Source: a virus
Taxonomy: Duplodnaviria; Caudoviricetes
Virus record (IMG/VR): IMGVR_UViG_3300033233_000045
Coordinates: 1 to 57,467 of that record
Length of the DNA: 57,467 nucleotides
Reading direction: 5' to 3' (one strand)
Below the pieces are notes generated by a model. It searched no databases, had not been told where the DNA came from, and saw nothing but the letters and a program-made list of their open reading frames with translations. Below, piece by piece: positions 47,834 through 57,041 of the stretch (its first letter is position 1; every line of letters begins with the position of its first letter). The translations under genes and the position numbers were made by a program.

Positions 47834-49021
47834 ATGAGGGCAATCAGACCGAAATTGAAACTGATCTCCGTGACGCCATCTTCCGTGGAGGGCGGAGAGT
47901 CCGCCACCGGGACGGTGCAACTAGACCGCGCGGCGGGAACAGGCGGCGCGGCCGTGACACTGGGGAGCGAAGATCCCGGCGTGGCGACGGTTCCCGCGAC
48001 GGCAAAAGTTCCGGCAGGAAGCGTCTCCGTGAATTTTTCCGTCACGACGATTGCCGTCCCCTCTCCCGTGAATGTGCGACTGGCCGCGTGCCGCGACGGA
48101 TCAACCCGCATCACGGCGCTGTCCGTGCAGTCTCCCACCCCTCCCCCTCCTCCTCCACCGCCGCCGCCGCCGCCGCCCACGGGAGGGACACTCTCCGCCG
48201 TGCCGCTTGTCCTTGCCAATCGCCGCGTTTCCGCCGACAGCGCGGACACGATCACCATCGGTGGACCATGGGGCCCGGGAAACGTCATCGACGGGCTCCC
48301 TCAAACGGAGTGGGTGAGCGGCGTCGGCGCTCCGATGCCCCACTGGTTGGCAATCGGGATCCCCGAACTCGTCCCGATCTGCAAGGTTCGACTGTCTCCC
48401 GGCTGTTATGAATCACGCGGCTATCGGTTGAAACTGGAGGTGCAGACGGCGAATCGCTCGTGGTCGTCTGTCGCGGAGACTTCGACGGTTGCCGGTCAGG
48501 CATGGTGGGAGGCGTCATTTCCGACCATCCCGGCATACGCGATCAGGATAACGTTCCTCTCCTCCACGGACGACGCCCGTCCGAACGTCGCCCGCCTACG
48601 CAGCGTGGAGATGTGGACCGTCTCGGACGCCGCGCCGCCGGATGAACTGCGTGTCGTGCAGGCGAAACTGCTCCAGTTGACCAACGCGGAACGCACCCGA
48701 TTTGGGTTGCCGTTGCTCGTCGCGAACGAGCGATTGAACGGGGCGGCGCAGGCCCACGCGGAGGACATGCACGCGAAACAGGATCTCAACCACACAGGGT
48801 ACGACGGCTCCTCTCCCGCCGACAGAATCCGTCACACGGGATATGCGGCAGTCGCGTGGGGAGAAAACATCGCCGAGGAAATATTCACGGCCGAATCGGT
48901 TATAACCGCGTGGATCGCCAATCCCGGCTATCACGCGAACATTCGGAACAGCACCTTTCTCGAACTGGGCGTCGGAATGAAATCCGGCTACTGGGTGCAG
49001 GATTTCGGACGGGCGAGATAG
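47834..49021 (+). CDS. Ig-like + discoidin-like + CAP protein
   Basis: PSSVEGG..GTVQLD; poly-Pro; HWLAI; HAEDM..GENIA..WVQDFG. Confidence 0.8.
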   Translation: MRAIRPKLKLISVTPSSVEGGESATGTVQLDRAAGTGGAAVTLGSEDPGVATVPATAKVPAGSVSVNFSVTTIAVPSPVNVRLAACRDGSTRITALSVQSPTPPPPPPPPPPPPPTGGTLSAVPLVLANRRVSADSADTITIGGPWGPGNVIDGLPQTEWVSGVGAPMPHWLAIGIPELVPICKVRLSPGCYESRGYRLKLEVQTANRSWSSVAETSTVAGQAWWEASFPTIPAYAIRITFLSSTDDARPNVARLRSVEMWTVSDAAPPDELRVVQAKLLQLTNAERTRFGLPLLVANERLNGAAQAHAEDMHAKQDLNHTGYDGSSPADRIRHTGYAAVAWGENIAEEIFTAESVITAWIANPGYHANIRNSTFLELGVGMKSGYWVQDFGRAR

Positions 49022-49080
49022 GCGTTTCCCGCGTCCATGGTGAACTGTTCAGGGACCATTGCTGCCTCCTTTTGTCAACT

Positions 49081-49111
49081 CGGGCGCGGCGTCCTGCCGC
49101 GCCCGCTTTTT
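49081..49111 (+). terminator. Terminator-like hairpin (copy 2)
   Basis: cgggcgcggc/gccgcgcccg followed by T5. Confidence 0.65.
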
Positions 49112-49123
49112 GGAGCGGAGATC

Positions 49124-50632
49124 ATGCCCATCAAGCCGAAACTTACTGCCCTTTCGGTCATGCCCTCTTCCGTCGAAGGAGAGCGACCCGCCACGGGCAC
49201 GGTGCAACTGGACCGAATGGCAGGCGCGGGCGGCGTCACGGTGAATCTGGGCAGCGAAGAACCCGGCGTCTGCGCCGTGCCCTCTGCCGTGAAGGTTCCG
49301 GCGGGCAGCGCGGCCGTCAACTTCCAGGTCAACACGGCGGACGTTCCCGGTCCCGTGGCCGCGCGTCTCGTCGCGTGCGCCGGCGGCATCGGGCGCGTGA
49401 CCTCGCTCAGTGTGCGTCCGAAGCAGCCGCCTCCTCCTCCTCCTCCTCCTCCCCCCCCGCCGCCGCCGCCCACGGGGGGGATATTCTCAACCGACGAGCG
49501 GGTGGTGACGCTGTCCACACGCGCGGGTATGCGGAGTTTCGTGCGGCCGGTGATCTTCCCGATTCCGTCGCCCGCGGGCGGAATCACACGGCACGTGGCG
49601 AAAACGGGGAACGACGGCAACGACGGTTCCGCCGAACGGCCGCTTGCGAGCGTGAACCAGGCGCTCGCGCGGACGTTGCCGGGAGACGCGATCGTGGTGC
49701 ATGCGGGCGTCTACGAGGAAACGCTCGTCATCAACAAGTCGGGAGCGCCGGAAAGGCCGATTATCATGAGTTGCGCGCCGGGCGCGTTGGGCAAGGCCAA
49801 GATCACTCCCCCCGCCGCATTCGTCCGCGCGAATCCCGGCCGGGGAGTGATCGAGATCGGCAACGGGGCGCAACAAGTCTGGATCAACGGGCTCGTGATC
49901 GAGGGACCGATGGGCCGTCCGGAAGCGCCCGCGAACGACGACTTCGGCGCCAACGGGATCACTTTCCAGAATGGGGCGGGACTGGGCTGCCGCGTCACGA
50001 ACTGCGTGGTCTATCACAACATGCACTGCGGCATCAAGGAGATGGGACATGACGGCTCCGGGTTCCTGGTCCGGGGCAACATCGTGTTCGAGAACGGGAC
50101 CGACACCCTCGATCACGGGATCTACTGTCCGGCGAACGACGTGGAGATCGATGGAAACATCTTCCTCAATAACGCGGGGTGGGGCATCCACGCCTACAGC
50201 GCTCCGCAACGGGCGACGATCACCCGGAATCTCTGCGTGGGAAACTGGGGAGGAATCATCCTCGCGGGGGCTTTCGGTCGGGTGTATCACAACACCGTGG
50301 CCGACAACCCAAACGTGGGCCTGATGTATTTCCGCGATGGGTGTACGGACAATCAGGTCATGAACAACATTTTCGCGGGGGAGAGCGCCGTCGCATGGGA
50401 CAACGGCGGCGGAACGCTCGGGAATCCGGCGCGGAACATCTCCGATTACAACTGTGTATTTCCCGTCCGCGTGCCCTCCCAGGTTCCGCCGGGCGCGCAC
50501 GAACTGTATGCCGATCCGTTGTTTCGTTCCCCGGCGGGCGGCGATTATCGGCTCGAGACAGGGAGTGGTTGTGTGGGCACAGCCGGCCCCATCGGCGCGC
50601 CATATCAGTCGGCGGACCGCGGAGCGTTTTGA
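49124..50632 (+). CDS. Ig-like + right-handed beta-helix protein
   Basis: PSSVEGE..GTVQLD; poly-Pro; GNDGNDGS..PGD..GVYEE; DHGIY; DPLF..DYRL. Confidence 0.8.
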   Translation: MPIKPKLTALSVMPSSVEGERPATGTVQLDRMAGAGGVTVNLGSEEPGVCAVPSAVKVPAGSAAVNFQVNTADVPGPVAARLVACAGGIGRVTSLSVRPKQPPPPPPPPPPPPPPPTGGIFSTDERVVTLSTRAGMRSFVRPVIFPIPSPAGGITRHVAKTGNDGNDGSAERPLASVNQALARTLPGDAIVVHAGVYEETLVINKSGAPERPIIMSCAPGALGKAKITPPAAFVRANPGRGVIEIGNGAQQVWINGLVIEGPMGRPEAPANDDFGANGITFQNGAGLGCRVTNCVVYHNMHCGIKEMGHDGSGFLVRGNIVFENGTDTLDHGIYCPANDVEIDGNIFLNNAGWGIHAYSAPQRATITRNLCVGNWGGIILAGAFGRVYHNTVADNPNVGLMYFRDGCTDNQVMNNIFAGESAVAWDNGGGTLGNPARNISDYNCVFPVRVPSQVPPGAHELYADPLFRSPAGGDYRLETGSGCVGTAGPIGAPYQSADRGAF

Positions 50633-50751
50633 GTGCCTCAGTCGCCTGCCGCGACTCCGAGGGACACCCTCGTGGGCCGGGACCACCGCGAAAGCGGCAC
50701 GTTCACGAGACGGGCGTCTCCATTAGGAGAGACATGCTTTTGCGCGGTCCG
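50613..50751 (+). ncRNA. Candidate multi-branched RNA element at the convergence of late and early transcription
   Basis: 9-bp closing stem, three internal hairpins and a GAAA tetraloop; folded by eye. Confidence 0.4.
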
Positions 50752-50769
50752 ACAGATTGATTGGGGACA

Positions 50770-51798
50770 TCAGACCTCCTGATCCTGCATCCCGTCTCCG
50801 GGAAATTGATCCCAGACACGGCCGTCGAGAAGGCGGCCGGCGCGATATGCGCCACATTTGTAAACGTAGATGCCGTTACCGGCCCATGCCCCCAATTCGG
50901 GAAATAGGTGGGGCAAATAGGATCTCCCTCGGCTGTCGAACGCATCCGGAGGCGCCCAAGCGCCCCACTGCTTAAAGTGGAAAGGCACGTCCGCGGCGAG
51001 ACACTGATCGCGCAGCGCGCGCGCCCAATAGGGATGCATGGGGCGCGCGTAGGGGCCGGATTCGCCGCCGCAGATGAGCCAATCCAGTTCAGGTGGGTCA
51101 TAGCCCGCAACCTCGGCAGGAGAGCCGTGGTCGTGGATGGCTTCGGAGGCGCCCCCCAGCCAACGAGAAAGGTCAACCAGTCCCAGGAGCGGCTCGGCGC
51201 TGACGAATCGCACCGACGCCGGTGTCTCCATCAGCAATGGAACCCGCTCATCGGTGGTGGCCTGATCCTCGACGCTGACGCCGAGCCAGATGTGACGGAA
51301 GACATCCGTTTCGATGTTCCGCGACACGCGCCCCAGCCATGCCCATTTGTATTCACCTAACCGCTCGATCTGGCGTCTCCAGCCGAGATTCCGAAACGGG
51401 CTCGTCAGGTAGGCGCGCATCCGGGCGGGGCGCTTCGTGAGAATCTGAAATGTATGCCGCGGCGAGGCGATCATTCGCGCGAACACCGCGTCAATGGCGT
51501 CGTCCGGAAGCGCCTCATGGAACAAGTCGCTCATCGAATTGACGAACACCCGTTTCGGTTTCCGCCACCGGAGCGGGTCGTCCAGATGATCCTCGACGAG
51601 GCGCACCTCGCCCGCCCAGCGCGGCCCCGAGGGCGTCATCATCGCCAGTCCCTCGTACGGTTGACCGGGACCGCTGAACCGCGCTGCCTGCCGCTCCGCG
51701 TAACAATTGCGGCAGCCCTCGGAGATGCGCGTGCAGCCTCGGACTGGATTCCAGGTGCGGTCACACCAAGAGATTCCACCGTTGTGTTGGTCGGCCAT
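50770..51798 (-). CDS. DUF5131 (phage Gp37/Gp68) protein
   Basis: TWNPVRGC..GCRNCYA, FVNSMSDLFH, LTKRP, SAEPLLG, GGESG, FKQWG. Confidence 0.93.
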   Translation of the reverse strand: MADQHNGGISWCDRTWNPVRGCTRISEGCRNCYAERQAARFSGPGQPYEGLAMMTPSGPRWAGEVRLVEDHLDDPLRWRKPKRVFVNSMSDLFHEALPDDAIDAVFARMIASPRHTFQILTKRPARMRAYLTSPFRNLGWRRQIERLGEYKWAWLGRVSRNIETDVFRHIWLGVSVEDQATTDERVPLLMETPASVRFVSAEPLLGLVDLSRWLGGASEAIHDHGSPAEVAGYDPPELDWLICGGESGPYARPMHPYWARALRDQCLAADVPFHFKQWGAWAPPDAFDSRGRSYLPHLFPELGAWAGNGIYVYKCGAYRAGRLLDGRVWDQFPGDGMQDQEV

Positions 51799-51800
51799 GG

Positions 51801-52094
51801 TTATACCTTGCGATGGCGCGAGACGATAAACGGTCCCGTCCCGTCTTCCGCCTCCTGCAACTCATAATCGCCGAAGACGGAGGGAGCGTGGGCCTGTAGC
51901 AGCCGAAGAATATCCACGGCGAGCCGCCGGAACTCCCGGTCGGGGCCGAGCGCTCCGCGCATCTCCAGGAGATGACGCCAGGCCCGGAAATTGGCGGTGA
52001 CGACGATCCCGGTTTCGGCCGCGTTCACCAGCACGGACCGCGCGGCCTGTCGCGCGCGCTTACGCCGCTCCACGGCGTCGCGCTTTCGGTTCAT
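51801..52094 (-). pseudogene. thyX: C-terminal fragment of the thymidylate synthase ThyX
   Basis: RQAARSVL.NA.ET..VVTANFRAWRH..EMR..EFRRLA; N-terminal RHR...S.R motif absent. Confidence 0.75.
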
Positions 52095-52097
52095 GAT

Positions 52098-52349
52098 CTA
52101 CTCGATCAATCTCCCCTGCCCGCTGGGCGTAGGATGAAACGAGCTCTTCACGGTCGTCGTATGTTTGTGGACGAAATCCACCTTGACGCCTCCGAGATCC
52201 GTGTCCTCCGTGACCGTGAAGGTGATCCCGACCATTGCCGCCCTGGCATCGCCATTCTCCACGGACAGGACGGCGCGGGTGAGGCTTTGATCGAGGCGGT
52301 CAAGCAGTTCCCTGCTCAGGTTCCGATACATCCCCTGCAACAACGTCAT
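52098..52349 (-). CDS. Hypothetical protein
   Basis: AGGGGA RBS; in the operon. Confidence 0.55.
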   Translation of the reverse strand: MTLLQGMYRNLSRELLDRLDQSLTRAVLSVENGDARAAMVGITFTVTEDTDLGGVKVDFVHKHTTTVKSSFHPTPSGQGRLIE

Positions 52350-52626
52350 TATGTCCCCTTTCGTTCAAGCGCGCGATCTCTCTCAACCGCCGCCCCGCCC
52401 GGCGGATCGAATCCAGGTAGTATTCATGCCAGGAGCAGTTTTCGGGACACGGGGGCGGCGCCAGTTCCTCCCGAAGGGCGCGCGTCAACTCGCGCCAGGA
52501 TTCAGCGAGGTGGTAGAAACGCATCGCGTTGATCTCGTGGGCCAGCACGCGCGTCGCGTCCGGGTCGGACTTCCAGAGCGTGTTGACCGCCTCCTGAAGT
52601 TTTTCGTCCGTGGTCGTTTCCGCCAT
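52300..52626 (-). CDS. Hypothetical protein
   Basis: GAGG RBS; in the operon. Confidence 0.5.
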   Translation of the reverse strand: MAETTTDEKLQEAVNTLWKSDPDATRVLAHEINAMRFYHLAESWRELTRALREELAPPPCPENCSWHEYYLDSIRRAGRRLREIARLNERGHNDVVAGDVSEPEQGTA

Positions 52627-52642
52627 TATCCGCACCGCCTCA

Positions 52643-53119
52643 TCACGTCTGTTCCGGATCTCGCGCTCGTCGCGAGGGCCGCTTCTCCGGGATCACGAAG
52701 TCGCCGCCGCCATTATGCAACCATTTTGCGGGTAATCCCACCTTCAAGTTCCCGATCAGGAAATCCCCGTCGGCGTTGGTGGTCAGCGCCACAATGCGGG
52801 CGGCAGTCTCGCGGTCGAGATGGGCGCCGCTGACGTGGGACCAGTCAATTCCGCTCCTCAGCAGCGTTTGAGCGACGTGGTACGCCGTGACGAGTGGCCT
52901 GTCTCTCACGAAAAGCCATTCGCCGCTTTCGTGGGAGACAGACCAGCCGGTCTGCGGATCCCCCGGCGGCGTCGGATGGCGATGGATGACGAGCGGACCG
53001 AAGGCGACGCCGGGCGCCTCGACAAAACCCCACGGCATGTGGACGCGATGGGTGACGCGACGGCCGCGGGGCTCATCCCGGCGTTCGTAGCAGCCCGCGA
53101 GAAAGGTTCCGGCCGGCAT
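52643..53119 (-). CDS. Hypothetical protein
   Basis: GGAGGAG RBS; WSVSHESG motif. Confidence 0.6.
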   Translation of the reverse strand: MPAGTFLAGCYERRDEPRGRRVTHRVHMPWGFVEAPGVAFGPLVIHRHPTPPGDPQTGWSVSHESGEWLFVRDRPLVTAYHVAQTLLRSGIDWSHVSGAHLDRETAARIVALTTNADGDFLIGNLKVGLPAKWLHNGGGDFVIPEKRPSRRARDPEQT

Positions 53120-53128
53120 GACTCCTCC

Positions 53129-53416
53129 CTAGCCGCGCATCGGATCGTCGGCGTCGCGGATGCCGACGATCCGATGCAGCCCGATTTCCAAGCCACCGGG
53201 AATCGAGAGCGAATACAGATTGTCATACCACTCGGGGGAGTCTTTGGCGGAACGAAGGTCACGACGCATCAGGATACCGTGATCACCATCCTCCGTCCTC
53301 ATGGTCAGTTCCGGGTGGTGGGTCGTGAAATGTGGAATGAAGCCCGCGGTGTCCGTCTCGACAGGCGGATCACAGAGCAGGCAGGTGTAGGTATGGCCGG
53401 GTCGAATGTTTCTCAT
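53129..53416 (-). CDS. Small C2H2-like zinc-finger protein
   Basis: YTCLLC...HFTTHH. Confidence 0.5.
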   Translation of the reverse strand: MRNIRPGHTYTCLLCDPPVETDTAGFIPHFTTHHPELTMRTEDGDHGILMRRDLRSAKDSPEWYDNLYSLSIPGGLEIGLHRIVGIRDADDPMRG

Positions 53417-53426
53417 CGAGAATCTA

Positions 53427-53835
53427 TGGCGCGGAAACCGCGCCGCCGAGAGCGGCAGCGGAGGGGCGCCATTCCTTTCAGTCTGTGCGTAAAAGCGCAG
53501 GGATGGGCGCCCCTCCGCGGTGAACGTGTCCTTGTTCCGCCCACGGCTCAATGAAGGCACTCGCCGGTGACGGGAGAAACCGTTTACCCCTCGGGGTGAG
53601 CCGCGAGGGACGGGCCTGCATAAGACCCCGGAACATGCCGGGATTGGCATGGTGAGCCGCGAGGCTCCGTGCGAGCGAAAGGCATATCGCACCCCGTTCC
53701 CGGTGGGCCGCCCCGAGCTTCACGTCTCGGCCCCTTTGCCAGGAGTGTCACCCGGCCTATCGCGACCCCACCCTGCCCTCCCCGGAGAGACCGACTCCCG
53801 CGGAGCCGCAAGCCACGCCACTTCAGTGGCCGTGG
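53427..53835 (+). ncRNA. Candidate large structured non-coding RNA
   Basis: About 400-nt gap with no credible ORF; many nested stems, GNRA loops, G-U pairs on the plus strand and a possible pseudoknot. Confidence 0.6.
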
Positions 53836-55016
53836 TCAGGTGACTTGTCGGCCGTGACCTCGTTGCCCCACGCCGCCCAACCGGCGCGCGGGGAGCGACA
53901 GAACAGTTCGGCGCGGCGGGTGCCCGGATACATCTCCTCGATCAACTCCCGGACGCGGTCCGGCTTCTCGCTGTGGCGGCCCTTGTCCGCGTGGACGACC
54001 GAACTGGGCCGGGCGTCCGGCGGCGGGATCCCCGGCGCGCCCCGGGTCGCGATCAAGAGAAACTCGTGGTCGATTCGGGCGTAGAACCCCATCCCTATCC
54101 CGTTCTTGACCCACACCATGCTCGTCTTATACTCGAAGCCCCAGGCGGCGAGGATCCGGAACGCGGCCGGGAGCAGGGGACTGGTCGCCCACAGGAAGAG
54201 GACGCAATCCACGGCGGCGATGTCGTGGACCGGCAGCGCGCCGATCCCGTCCTCCGAGAGCGTGGGATAATGCTCCTCCACGTCGCGTGACGTGCCGCGC
54301 CGGAAGTTCGTCTGCCAGGGCGGGTCGGCGAGGAGCACGTCGAAGCGGCCGTCGGGCAGCGGCGGCGTCTCCGTGGGCGCGGGCTGCGCGAGTTTGCGCG
54401 CCTGCTTGATGACCGGATCTGCCAACTCCAACTCGGGCGCGTCGAGAGGAGAGCGGTCCCGTGTCTCCTCGGCCGGCGTGAAGGGCGGCGGCGGGTCTGG
54501 GAACGCCTGAAGCGCCGCCTGGACCTGAGCGGCCTCGCGCCCGTTGCGGGCGAGCACGGCGCGGGGCGCGCGTTCGCGGGGGCGTTCTTTGCCGTCGGCG
54601 CCGATGGAACTGTGTATGTTACACAGTTCTCCACTCGCCACGAGATCGGCGCGCAAAGAGCTTACCGTTTTGTTGCTCACGCCCAGCATTCCGGCGATGA
54701 TCCGATCCGACTTCTCGGGCGTCTCCTTCAACTGGGCGGCGATGATCGCCCGCTTCTGCTCGGGCGCCAGATGCCGCCGCAGCAGGTTCACCTTGCGGAC
54801 GTGGCGGCGCTTCTCTTCCTCGGTGAGGCCCGCGCGGACGATGCGCGGGTAGTCGATGCCCAACTCGCGGGCAATCCGGACGCGATGATGCCCGTCGAGG
54901 ATGCAGCCGTGCTCGTCCTCCTCGACGGGGACGAGCACGCCGCGGGCGGCGATGTCGTCGCGCAGCGCCGCGTATTCGATGTCGGAGAGGGGCGAGAACA
55001 GTTGATAGTCGCTCAT
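53823..55016 (-). CDS. ParB-N + HTH + MT-A70 adenine methyltransferase
   Basis: ILDGHHR; SDRIIAGMLGVS; ADPPW, LFLW, HSEKP, ELFCR..GW..WGNE. Confidence 0.9.
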   Translation of the reverse strand: MSDYQLFSPLSDIEYAALRDDIAARGVLVPVEEDEHGCILDGHHRVRIARELGIDYPRIVRAGLTEEEKRRHVRKVNLLRRHLAPEQKRAIIAAQLKETPEKSDRIIAGMLGVSNKTVSSLRADLVASGELCNIHSSIGADGKERPRERAPRAVLARNGREAAQVQAALQAFPDPPPPFTPAEETRDRSPLDAPELELADPVIKQARKLAQPAPTETPPLPDGRFDVLLADPPWQTNFRRGTSRDVEEHYPTLSEDGIGALPVHDIAAVDCVLFLWATSPLLPAAFRILAAWGFEYKTSMVWVKNGIGMGFYARIDHEFLLIATRGAPGIPPPDARPSSVVHADKGRHSEKPDRVRELIEEMYPGTRRAELFCRSPRAGWAAWGNEVTADKSPDHGH

Positions 55017-55531
55017 GGTTTCCTCGGTTCGCGCCAGAGCCCGAGGGTCTGGCGGCGGCAGCGGATCGCGCCAACCGTGTAAGTCCGCTCGTCGTCGCTC
55101 ATCCGGCGGGCGATCTGCTCGTCGGACCAGCCACGATGGAACATGTAGCCGAGCACGTTGTCCGCCGCGTCGGTCCACGCGTTGTTCCGGCCGACCTTTG
55201 GTTGCGGGCCGCGGTGAAGCGAGAGGGAACTGCGCCGTTGGGCCACGGCCTGTTCGGTGCGGCCGAGGGCGACGGCGGCCTCCTCATCCGAGGCCCCTCC
55301 GTGGAAACAGGCCGCGAGCGTCTCATCCTCCTCGACGGACCACGGGCGCACCCCCATCGGCTTCGGACGGTCGGTGCTCCGATAGAGGTGGAGGAGGTGG
55401 CGGTGAGTGCAGACCGCGCCCTCGGACCGTCCCAGCGCGGCCGCCAGCTCGGCGTCCGTCTTCTCTCGCCAGCGCGACCGCAGGAGCGCTTCCTCCGATT
55501 CTGTCCACCGTCGGGGAGGCCGGATCATCAT
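55013..55531 (-). CDS. Protein with three Myb/SANT-like HTH repeats
   Basis: WTESEE..LGRS, WSVEED..LGRT, WTDAAD. Confidence 0.75.
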   Translation of the reverse strand: MMIRPPRRWTESEEALLRSRWREKTDAELAAALGRSEGAVCTHRHLLHLYRSTDRPKPMGVRPWSVEEDETLAACFHGGASDEEAAVALGRTEQAVAQRRSSLSLHRGPQPKVGRNNAWTDAADNVLGYMFHRGWSDEQIARRMSDDERTYTVGAIRCRRQTLGLWREPRKP

Positions 55532-55863
55532 CGGGAGTCCTCGATCTCGTCGCACCCTTTGGCGGGCCAGATTGCGGCTAAAATGCGCGCGTGGAGGCGC
55601 GTCCAGGGTTCGCCGAGCGCGACGGCGGTCTCTTTGGTGAGGTTGTGCGCCACGCAGGCGTCGCTGTAATCGTGGACCGCCTCGAAGAACATCTCCAGGT
55701 ATCGTATGCGCTTCTCGCGCTCAACCATATCCATTCCCACGCTCCTACATACCGGACACGGCGCGCTCCAGGGCAGGTCGTCCACCCCGATGCCGATCAC
55801 GGCGCCCGCGCCGCCGCATTCGTCGCAGACCGACACATGCTGGATTGAGGGCCGTCTCATCAT
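55528..55863 (-). CDS. Zinc-finger hypothetical protein
   Basis: CDECGGAG...CPVC; ATGA overlaps. Confidence 0.6.
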   Translation of the reverse strand: MMRRPSIQHVSVCDECGGAGAVIGIGVDDLPWSAPCPVCRSVGMDMVEREKRIRYLEMFFEAVHDYSDACVAHNLTKETAVALGEPWTRLHARILAAIWPAKGCDEIEDSR

Positions 55864-56396
55864 TTGGCGGCCCCCTTCTCGGACGGCTCGAACCGATGGC
55901 GCATCGCCGCCAGGTGGGCATTGAGCAGATACTCGCACTCCCCGAGCGGCGACTCGTCCCGGCACGGCCGGGGATCCAGGCAGATCCGCACGCCCTCCGT
56001 CTCGTTCAGCAGCCACAACTCGCCGTGATCGCGACGCCCGACGGCCCAGACCATATCCCGCTGCAGGGTCCCGTCGGGATCGAAGCAACTGACGCGATAC
56101 TCCCCCGGCCACGGGACGCCCGTGACCACCAGGAGCATTCGCCCCGATTCGCGCGCCAGCGCCCGATGCCGCTCGTCGATCGACACGAATCCGCGCGGCT
56201 TGATCTCGACGTGGACCGTGTGCTCCGGCAACCAGAAGTCGGGCAGGTATCCCCGTCCCGCCACCCGATACCCTTCTGCCTCGTACTCCCACGCGACATC
56301 GAGAGCCTGAAAGAACACCGCCCACCGGGCTTCCAGGCGGGAGCGGAACCGCCGCCCACGATAAGGCGTCTCAATGGGTTGAATCGGGGATGCCAT
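55860..56396 (-). CDS. PD-(D/E)XK nuclease
   Basis: FRSRLEARWA..WEYE..YLPDFWL..VEIK. Confidence 0.85.
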   Translation of the reverse strand: MASPIQPIETPYRGRRFRSRLEARWAVFFQALDVAWEYEAEGYRVAGRGYLPDFWLPEHTVHVEIKPRGFVSIDERHRALARESGRMLLVVTGVPWPGEYRVSCFDPDGTLQRDMVWAVGRRDHGELWLLNETEGVRICLDPRPCRDESPLGECEYLLNAHLAAMRHRFEPSEKGAAK

Positions 56397-56402
56397 AATG
56401 GG

Positions 56403-57041
56403 TTACGCGGCGGCGGCCTGATTCTCCGTTTCCAGGATGCGCTTGTGCAGCATGTCGCACCACTGTTCGATCATCGCGGTCGTGGCGTCCCCCGGCAACG
56501 GCTTCGTCCTGATCCCCAGCGTGTCCGCCCCAACACACAGCGTCGCCCATCGCTCGATCCACCTGGTTCGGCGCTGTTCCTCGGCCGCGTCGTTCGGCTG
56601 AGCCGCCGCGGGCTGTCGCGCGGGCTGCACGTGCTCCGTCGTCGCCCGGGTCGGCGCCGGCACTTCCACGTCCGGCAACTCCTCCAGCAGCGTTTGGCCC
56701 ACGTTCGTGGCGTCCCGGAGCGCCCGGCCCTTGGCCCGCGTCTCCGCGAGGCGCACATAACACCCGCGCAGTTTGGTGCTCTCCGGCCCCGCCTCCCCAA
56801 GTGATTCAAACGCCGACGCCACTCCGTCCCGCTGAAACGTCGCCACGGCCTTCACGATGGCGTTGGCGGCGTCCGGGCCGTCCGCCTGGATCAACTCCAC
56901 GTGGATCGAGACCAGACCCATCCGAAATGCGAGATCGAGCACCCCGTGGTAGACCGGGTACTCTTTTCCCTTGAGGTTGACAATGAAGCGGGGATCGATC
57001 CGCTCCATGCCGTTTTGGGGTCCGCCTGCCTCATCTGCCAT
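56403..57041 (-). CDS. Rad52/Sak-like single-strand annealing protein, putative
   Basis: NLKGKEY..AIVKA..AETRAKGRALRDA; AAGGAGG RBS. Confidence 0.55.
   Translation of the reverse strand: MADEAGGPQNGMERIDPRFIVNLKGKEYPVYHGVLDLAFRMGLVSIHVELIQADGPDAANAIVKAVATFQRDGVASAFESLGEAGPESTKLRGCYVRLAETRAKGRALRDATNVGQTLLEELPDVEVPAPTRATTEHVQPARQPAAAQPNDAAEEQRRTRWIERWATLCVGADTLGIRTKPLPGDATTAMIEQWCDMLHKRILETENQAAAA

Noticed and set aside
53427-53835. Group II intron, RNase P RNA or tmRNA identity
   Set aside because: Only fragments resemble them (GAGCCG..GAAA, GTGCGTAAAAGCGCA, ACCCGGCCTAT); there is no proper domain V, no GAGGAAAGTCC and no T-loop
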